DNA of 64,000 bases from Eledone cirrhosa. Taxonomy: Eukaryota. The number at the start of each line of letters is the position of its first letter. Position 1 is the stretch's first letter. The notes beneath the pieces were generated by a model that saw only the letters and a program-made list of their open reading frames with translations, searched no databases and was not told the origin of the DNA. Position numbers and translations under genes: made by a program. Positions 55,651-64,000 of the stretch are shown in pieces. Location: the NCBI GenBank assembly GCA_964016885.1, contig OZ024744.1:4340001-4404000 (forward strand), written 5' to 3'.

Positions 55651-57249
55651 GCTTGGTGAAGAACGAAGTTTTGGGGGAAGACAAGGTAGAGAAAGATATC
55701 TTGGTGAAGAACGACGTTTTGAGGGAAGACAAGGTAGAGAAAGATAGCTTGATGAAGAACGAAGTTTTGTGGGAAGACAAGGTAGAGAAAGATAGCTTGG
55801 TTAAGAACGACGTTTTGAGGGAAGACAAGGTAGAGAAAGATAGCTTGATGAAGAACGAAGTTTTGGGGGAAGACAATGTAGAGAAAGATAGCTTGGTGAC
55901 GAACGAAGTCTTGAGGGAAGACAAGGTAGAGAAAGATAGCTTGATGAAGAACGAACGATGTTTAGAGGGAAGACAAAGTAGAGAAAGATAGCTTGATGAA
56001 GAACGAAGTTTTGCAGGAAGGCAAGGTAGAGAAAGATAGCTTGGTGAATAACGAAGTTTTGAGGGAAGACAAGGTAGAGAAAGATAGCTTGGTGAAGAAC
56101 GATGTTCTGGGGGAAGACAAGGTAGAGAAAGATAGCTTGGTGAAGAACGGAGTTTTGAGGGAAGACAAGGTAGAGAAAGATAGCTTGGTGAAGAACGAAG
56201 TTTTGAGGGAAGACAAGGTAGAGAAAGATAGCTTGGTGAATAACGAAGTTTTGAGGGAAGACAAGGTAGAGAAAGATAGCTTGGTGAAGAACGAACGAAG
56301 TTTTGAGGGAAGACAAGGTAGATAAAGATAGCTTGGTGAAGAACGACGTTTTGAGGGAAGACAAAGTAGAGAACGATAGCTTGATGAAGAACGGAGTTTT
56401 GAGGGAAGACAAGATAGAGAAAGATAGCTTGGTGAAGAACGAAGTTTTGAGGGAAGACAAGGTATAGAAAGATAGCTTGATCAAGAACGAAGTTTTGAGG
56501 GAAGACAAGGTAGAGAAAGATAGCTTGGTGAAGAACGAAGTTTTAAGAGAAGAATGGGTAGAGAAAGATAGCTTGGTGAAGAACGACGTTTTGAGGGAAG
56601 ACAAGGTAGCGAAAGATAGCTTGGTGAAGAACGAAGTTTTGGGGGTAGACAAGGTAGAGAAAGATAGCTTGGTGAAGAACGAAGTTTTGGGGGAAGACAA
56701 GGTAGAGAAAGATAGCTTGGTGAAGAACGACGTTTTGAGGGAAGACAAGGTAGAGAAAGATAGCTTGATGAAGAACGAAGTTTTGTGGGAAGACAAGGTA
56801 GAGAAAGATAGCTTGGTGAAGAACGACGTTTTGAGGGAAGACAAGGTAGAGAAAGATAGCTTGATGAAGAACGAAGTTTTGGGGGAAGACAATGTACAGA
56901 AAGATAGCTTGGTGACGAACGAAGTCTTGAGGGAAGACAAGGTAGAGAAAGATAGCTTGATGAAGAACGAACGATGTTTTGAGGGAAGACAAAGTAGAGA
57001 AAGATAGCTTGATGAAGAACGAAGTTTTGCAGGAAGGCAAGGTAGAGAAAGATAGCTTGGTGAATAACGAAGTTTTGAGGGAAGACAAGGTAGAGAAAGA
57101 TAGCTTGGTGAAGAACGATGTTCTGGGGGAAGACAAGGTAGAGAAGGATAGCTTGGTGAAGAACGAAGTTTTGAGGGAAGACAAGGTAGAGAAAGATAGC
57201 TTGGTGAAGAACGAAGTGTTGAGGGAAGACAAGGTAGAGAAAGATAGCT

Positions 57250-59950
57250 TGGTGAATAACGAAGTTTTGAGGGAAGACAAGGTAAAGAAAGATAGCTTGG
57301 TGAAGAACGATGTTTTGGGGGACGACAAGGTAGAGAAAGATAGCTTGGTGAAGAACGAAGTTTTGAGGGAAGACAAGGTAGAGAAAGAGAGCTTGGTGAA
57401 GAACGAAGTTTTGAGGGAAGACAAGGTAGAGAAAGATAGCTTGATCAAGAACGAAGTTTTGAGGGAAGACAAGGTAGAGAAGGATAGCTTGTGAAGAACG
57501 AAGTTTTGGGGGAAGACAAGGTAGAGAAAGATAGCTTGGTGAAGAACGAACGACTTTTTGAGGGAAGACAAGGTAGAGAAAGATAGCTAGGTGAAGAACG
57601 ACGTTTTGAGGGAAGACAAAGTAGAGAACGATAGCTTGATGAAGAACGGAGTTTTGAGGGAAGACAAGGTAGAGAAAGATAGTTTGGTGAAGAACGCAGT
57701 TTTGGGGGGAAAAAAGGTAGAGAAAGATAGCTTGGTGAAGAACGAAGTTTTGAGGGAAGACAAGGTAGAGAAAGATAGCTTGGTGAAGAACGAAGTTTTG
57801 AGGGAAGACAAGGTAGAGAAAGATAGCTTGATGAAGAACGAAGTTTTGAGGGAAGACAAGGTAGAGAAAGTTAGCTTGGTGAAGAACGAAGTTTTGAGGG
57901 AAGACAAGGTAGAGAAAGATAGCTTGGTGAAGAACGAAGTTTTGAGGGAAGACAAGGTAGAGAAAGATAGCTTGGTGAAGAACGAAGTTTTGAGGGAAGA
58001 CAAGGTAGAGAAAGATAGCTTGATGAAGAACGAAGTTTTGAGGGAAGACAAGGTAGAGAAAGTTAGCTTGGTGAAGAACGAAGTTTTGAGGGAAGACAAG
58101 GTAGAGAAAGATAGCTTGGTGAAGAACGAAGTTTTGAGGGAAGACAAGGTAGAGAAAGATAGCTTGGTGAAGAACGAAATTTTGAGGGAAGACAAGGTAG
58201 AGAAAGATAGCTTGGTGAAGAACGAGGTTTTGAGGGAAGACAAGGTAGAGAAAGATAGCTCGTGAAGAACGTAGTTTTGGGGGAAGACAAGGTAGAGAAA
58301 GATAGCTTGGTGAAGAACGAACGAAGTGTTGAGGGAAGACAAGGTAGAGAAAAATAGCTTGGTGAAGAACGACGTTTTGAGGGAAGACAAAGTAGAGAAC
58401 GATAGCTTGATGAAGAACGGAGTTTTGAGGGAAGACAAGATAGAGAAAGATAGCTTGGTGAAGAACGAAGTTTTGAGGGAAGACAAGGTAGAGAAAGATA
58501 GCTTGGTGAAGAACGAAGTTTTGATGGAAGACAAGGTATAGAAAGATAGCTTGATCAAGAACGAAGTTTTGAGGGAAGACAAGGTAGAGAAAGATAGCTT
58601 GATCAAGAACGAAGTTTTGAGGGAAGACAAGGTAGAGAAGGATAGCTTGTGAAGAACGAAGTTTTGGGGGAAGACAAGGTAGAGAAAGATAGCTTGGTGA
58701 AGAACGAACGAAGTTTTGAGGGAAGACAAGGTAGAGAAAGATAGCTTGGTGACGAACGACGTTTCGAGGGAAGACAAAGTAGAGAACGATAGCTTGATGA
58801 AGAACGAAGTTTTGTGGGAAGACAAGGTAGAGAAAGATAGCTTGGTGAATAACGAAGTTTTGAGGGAAGACAAGGTAAAGAAAGATAGCTTGGTGAAGAA
58901 CGATGTTTTGGGGGACGACAAGGTAGAGAAAGATAGCTTGGTGAAGAACGAAGTTTTGAGGGAAGACAAGGTAGAGAAAGATAGCTTGGTGAAGAACGAA
59001 GTTTTGAGGGAAGACAAGGTAGAGAAAGATAGCTTGGTGAAGAACAAAGTTTTGAGGGAAGACAAGGTAGAGAAAGATAGCTTGATCAAGAACGAAGTTT
59101 TGAGGGAAGACAAGGTAGAGAAGGATAGCTTGTGAATAACGAAGTTTTGGGGGAAGACAAGGTAGAGAAAGATAGCTTGGTGAAGAACGAACGACGTTTT
59201 GAGGGAAGACAAGGTAGAGAAAGATAGCTAGGTGAAGAACGACGTTTTGAGGAAAGACAAAGTAGAGAACGATAGCTTGATGAAGAACGGAGTTTTGAGG
59301 GAAGACAAGGTAGAGAAAGATAGTTTGGTGAAGAACGAAGTTTTGGGGGGAAAAAAGGTAGAGAAAGATAGCTTGGTGAAGAACGAAGTTTTGAGGGAAG
59401 ACAAGGTAGAGAAAGATAGCTTGGTGAAGAACGAAGTTTTGAGGGAAGACAAGGTAGAGAAAGTTAGCTTGGTGAAGAACGAAGTTTTGAGGGAAGACAA
59501 GGTAGAGAAAGATAGCTTGGTGAAGAACGAAGTTTTGAGGGAAGACAAGGTAGAGAAAGATAGCTTGGTGAAGAACGAAGTTTTGAGGGAAGACAAGGTA
59601 GAGAAAGATAGCTTGATGAAGAACGAAGTTTTGAGGGAAGACAAGGTAGAGAAAGTTAGCTTGGTGAAGAACGAAGTTTTGAGGGAAGACAAGGTAGAGA
59701 AAGATAGCTTGGTGAAGAACGAAGTTTTGAGGGAATACAAGGTAGAGAAAGATAGCTTGGTGAAGAACGAAATTTTGAGGGAAGACAAGGTAGAGAAAGA
59801 TAGCTTGGTGAAGAACGAAGTTTTGAGGGAAGACAAGGTAGAGAAAGATAGCTTGTGAAGAACGTAGTTTTGGGGGAAGACAAGGTAGAGAAAGATAGCT
59901 TGGTGAAGAACGAACGAAGTGTTGAGGGAAGACAAGGTAGAGAAAGATAG
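57250..59950. repeat. Duplication with ~1.6-kb offset (1593-1641 bp); partial third copy near 63130-63650
   Basis: The private variant 'agctaggtg' occurs at ~57586 and ~59226 (offset 1641). 'ggtaaagaaag' occurs at ~57281, ~58874 and ~63168, and 'gaacgtagttttgg' at ~58267 and ~59860. Confidence 0.78.
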
Positions 59951-62900
59951 CTTGGTGAAGAACGAGGTTTTGAGGGAAGACAAAGTAGAGAAGGATAGCT
60001 TGAGAAGAACGAAGTTTTGGGGGAAGACAAGGTAGAGAAAGATAGCTTGGTGAAGAACGAACGAAGTTTTGAGGGAAGACAAGGTAGAGAAAGATAGCTT
60101 GGTGAAGAACGACGTTTTGAGGGAAGACAAAGTAGAGAACGATAGCTTGATGAAGAACGGAGTTTTGAGGGAAGACAAGATAGAGAAAGATAGCTTGGTG
60201 AAGAACGAAGTTTTGAGGGAAGACAAGGTAGAGAAAGATAGCTTGGTGAAGAACGAAGTTTTGATGGAAGACAAGGTATAGAAAGATAGCTTGATCAAGA
60301 ACGAAGTTTTGAGGGAAGACAAGGTAGAGAAAGATAGCTTAGTGAAGAACGAAGTTTTGAGGGAAGACAAGGTAGAGAAGGATAGCTTGTGAAGAACGAA
60401 GTTTTGGGGGAAGACAAGGTAGAGAAAGATAGCTTGATGAAGAACGGAGTTTTGAGGGAAGACAATATAGAGAAAGATAGCTTGGTGAAGAACGAAGTTT
60501 TGAGGGAAGACAAGGTAGAGAAAGATAGCTTGGTGACGAACGACGTTTCGAGGGAAGACAAAGTAGAGAACGATAGCTTGATGAAGAACGGAGTTTTGAG
60601 GGAAGACAAGATAGAGAAAGATAGCTTGGTGAAGAACGAAGTTTTGAGGGAAGACAAGGTAGAGAAAGATAGTTTGGTGAAGAACGGAGTTTTGGGGGAA
60701 AAAAAGGTAGAGAAAGATAGCTTGGTGAAGAACGAAGTTTTGAGGGAAGACAAGGTAGAGAAAGATAGCTTGGTGAGGAACGAAGTTTTGGGGGAAGACA
60801 GGGTTGAGAAAGATAGCCTGGTGAAGAACGAAGTTTTGAGGGAAGACAAGGTAGAGAAAGAGAGCTTGGTGAAGAACGAAGTTTTGAGAGAAGAATGGGT
60901 GAGAGAAAGATAGCTTGGTGAAGAACGACGTTTTGAGGGAAGACAAGGTAGGGAAAGATAGCTTGGTGAAGAACGACGTGTTGTGGGAAGACAAGGTAGA
61001 GAAAGATAGCTTGGTGAAGAACGACGTTTTGAGGGAAGACAAGGTAGAGAAAGATAGCTTGATGAAGAACGAAGTTTTGGGGGAAGACAATGTAGAGAAA
61101 GATAGCTTGGTGACGAACGAAGTCTTGAGGGAAGACAAGGTAGAGAAAGATAGCTTGATGAAGAACGAACGATGTTTTGAGGGAAGACAAAGTAGAGAAA
61201 GATAGCTTGGTGAAGAACGAAGTTTTGAGGGAAGACAAGGAATAGAAAGATAGCTTGATCAAGAACGAAGTTTTGAGGGAAGACAAGGTAGAGAAAGATA
61301 GCTTGGTGAAGAACGAAGTTTTGAGGGAAGACAAGGTAGAGAAGGATAGCTTGTGAAGAACGAAGTTTTGGGGGAAGACAAGGTAGAGAAAGATAGCTTG
61401 GTGAAGAACGAACGAAGTTTTGAGGGAAGACAAGGTAGCGAAAGATAGCTTGGTGAAGAACGACGTTTTGTGGGAAGACAAGGTAGAGAGAGATAGCTTG
61501 TGAAGAACGAAGTTTTGGGGGAAGACAAGGTAGAGAAAGATAGCTTGGTGAAGAACGAAGTTTTGGGGGTAGACAAGGTAGAGAAAGATAGCTTGGTGAA
61601 GAACGAAGTTTTGGGGGAAGGCAAGGTAGAGAAAGATAGCTTGGTGGAGAACGACGTTTTGAGGGAAGACAAGGTAGAGAAAGATAGCTTGATGAAGAAC
61701 GAAGTTTTGTGGGAAGACAAGGTAGAGAAAGATAGCTTGGTGAAGAACGACGTTTTGAGGGAAGACAAGGTAGAGAAAGATAGCTTGATGAAGAACGAAG
61801 TTTTGGGGGAAGACAATGTAGAGAAAGATAGCTTGGTGACGAACGAAGTCTTGAGGGAAGACAAGGTAGAGAAAGATAGCTTGATGAAGAACGAACGATG
61901 TTTTGAGGGAAGACAAAGTAGAGAAAGATAGCTTGGTGAAGAACGAAGTTTTGAGGGAAGACAAGGAATAGAAAGATAGCTTGATCAAGAACGAAGTTTT
62001 GAGGGAAGACAAGGTAGAGAAAGATAGCTTGGTGAAGAACGAAGTTTTGAGGGAAGACAATGTAGAGAAGGATAGCTTGTGAAGAACGAAGTTTTGGGGG
62101 AAGACAAGGTAGAGAAAGATAGCTTGGTGAAGAACGAACGAAGTTTTGAGGGAAGACAAGGTAGAGAAAGATAGCTTGGTGAAGAACGACGTTTCGAGGG
62201 AAGACAAAGTAGAGAACGATAGCTTGATGAAGAACGGAGTTTTGAGGGAAGACAAGATAGAGAAAGATAGCTTGGTGAAGAACGAAGTTTTGAGGAAAGA
62301 CAAGGTAGAGAAAGATAGTTTGGTGAAGAACGGAGTTTTGGGGGAAAAAAAGGTAGGGAAAGATAGCTTGGTGAAGAACGAAGTTTTGAGGGAAGACAAG
62401 GTAGAGAAAGATAGCTTGGTGAAGAACGAAGTTTTGAGGGAAGACAAGGTAGAGAAAGATAGCTTGGTGAAGAACGAAGTTTTGAGGGAAGACAAGGTAG
62501 AGAAAGATAGCTTGGTGAGGAACGAAGTTTTGGGGGAAGACAGGGTAGAGAAAGATAGCTTGGTGAAGAACGAAGTTTTGAGGGAAGACAAGGTAGAGAA
62601 AGAGAGCTTGGTGAAGAACGAAGTTTTAAGAGAAGAATGGGTAGAGAAAGATAGCTTCGTGAAGAACGACGTTTTGAGGGAAGACAAGGTAGCGAAAGAT
62701 AGCTTGGTGAAGAACGACGTTTTGTGGGAAGACAAGGTAGAGAGAGATAGCTTGGTGAAGAACGAAGTTTTGTGGGAAGACAAGGTAGAGAAAGATAGCT
62801 TGGTGAAGAACGAAGTTTTGGGGGTAGACAAGGTAGAAAAAGATAGCTTGGTGAAGAACGAAGTTTTGGGGGAAGACAAGGTAGAGAAAGATAGCTTGGT

Positions 62901-64000
62901 GAAGAATGACGTTTTGAGGGAAGACAAGGTAGAGAAAGATAGCTTGATGAAGAACGAAGTTTTGTGGGAAGACAAGGTAGAGAAAGATAGCTTGGTGAAG
63001 AACGACGTTTTGAGGGAAGACAAGGTAGAGAAAGATAGCTTGATGAAGAACGAAGTTTTGGGGGAAGACAATGTAGAGAAAGATAGCTTGGTGAAGAACG
63101 AAGTTTTGAGGGAAGACAAGGTAGAGAAAGATAGCTTGGTGAATAACGAAGTTTTGAGGGAAGACAAGGTAAAGAAAGATAGCTTGGTGAAGAACGATGT
63201 TTTGGGGGAAGACAAGGTAGAGAAAGATAGCTTGGTGAAGAACGAAGTTTTGAGGGAAGACAAGGTAGAGAAAGATAGCTTGGTGAAGAACGAAGTTTTG
63301 AGGGAAGACAAGGTAGAGAAAGATAGCTTGGTGAAGAACAAAGTTTTGAGGGAAGACAAGGTAGAGAAAGATAGCTTGATCAAGAACGAAGTTTTGAGGG
63401 AAGACAAGGTAGAGAAGGATAGCTTGTGAAGAACGAAGTTTTGGGGGAAGACAAGGTAGAGAAAGATAGCTTGGTGAAGAACGAACGACGTTTTGAGGGA
63501 AGACAAGGTAGAGAAAGATAGCTTGGTGAAGAACGAAGTTTTGAGGGAAGACAAGGTAGAGAAAGATAGTTTGGTGAATAACGAAGTTTTGGGGGGAAAA
63601 AAGGTAGAGAAAGATAGCTTGGTGAAGAACGAAGTTTTGAGGGAAGACAAGGTAGAGAAAGATAGCTTGGTGAAGAACGAAGTTTTGAGGGAAGACAAGG
63701 TAGAGAAAGATAGCTTGATGAAGAACGAAGTTTTGAGGGAAGACAAGGTAGAGAAAGATAGCTTGGTGGAGAACGACGTTTTGAGGGAAGACAAGGTAGA
63801 GAAAGATAGCTTGATGAAGAACGAAGTTTTGTGGGAAGACAAGGTAGAGAAAGATAGCTTGGTGAAGAACGACGTTTTGAGGGAAGACAAGGTAGAGAAA
63901 GATAGCTTGATGAAGAACGAAGTTTTGGGGGAAGACAATGTAGAGAAAGATAGCTTGGTGACGAACGAAGTCTTGAGGGAAGACAAGGTAGAGAAAGATA

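Larger units (their letters stand above)
1..64000. repeat. 48-bp tandem satellite array (~1,300 monomers, single orientation, extends beyond both window ends)
   Basis: The consensus AGCTTGGTGAAGAACGAAGTTTTGAGGGAAGACAAGGTAGAGAAAGAT recurs on every line from base 1 to 64000, mostly with 0-3 substitutions per copy. Consensus composition is A19 G17 T9 C3 (75% purine, ~42% GC). There is one AluI site (AGCT) per monomer. Confidence 0.99.

Noticed and set aside
62146-63429. Plus-strand KNEVLREDKVEKDSLV-repeat ORFs resembling a repetitive antigen or coiled-coil protein
   Set aside because: There is no unique N- or C-terminus or signal peptide. The frame is broken every few hundred bp by propagated frameshifts and stops, and HOR lengths do not preserve frame.
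1-64000. CRISPR array or other repeat-spacer/cassette system
   Set aside because: Monomers abut directly with no unique spacers. Variation is limited to point changes and 1-4 bp indels, and there are no cas, recombinase or reverse transcriptase genes in the window.
1-64000. Telomeric repeat, rDNA spacer subrepeat, tRNA array, G-quadruplex array or embedded transposon
   Set aside because: I found no telomere motif, rRNA/tRNA sequence, terminal repeats or non-satellite insert. There is only one G3+ run per 48 bp, too sparse for canonical G4.

Overview
The whole 64 kb window is one uninterrupted head-to-tail tandem array (satellite DNA) of a 48-bp monomer, consensus AGCTTGGTGAAGAACGAAGTTTTGAGGGAAGACAAGGTAGAGAAAGAT. 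There are roughly 1,300 copies, all in one orientation, and the array runs off both window edges. I see no unique sequence, transposon, RNA gene, CRISPR spacers or credible protein-coding gene. The many ORFs are a by-product of the monomer: 48 is divisible by 3 and the consensus lacks stops in 1 plus frame and all 3 minus frames. The real structure is in the variants: recurrent 47-bp and 52-bp indel monomers, ordered multi-monomer cassettes, local higher-order duplications with shifting periods (about 2749, 1835, 1300, 3140, 2174, 727, 3185 and 1641 bp), and three variant-defined domains. This organisation is typical of eukaryotic (peri)centromeric or other heterochromatic satellite. I cannot identify the organism or satellite family, and the sequence does not support a novel gene system.
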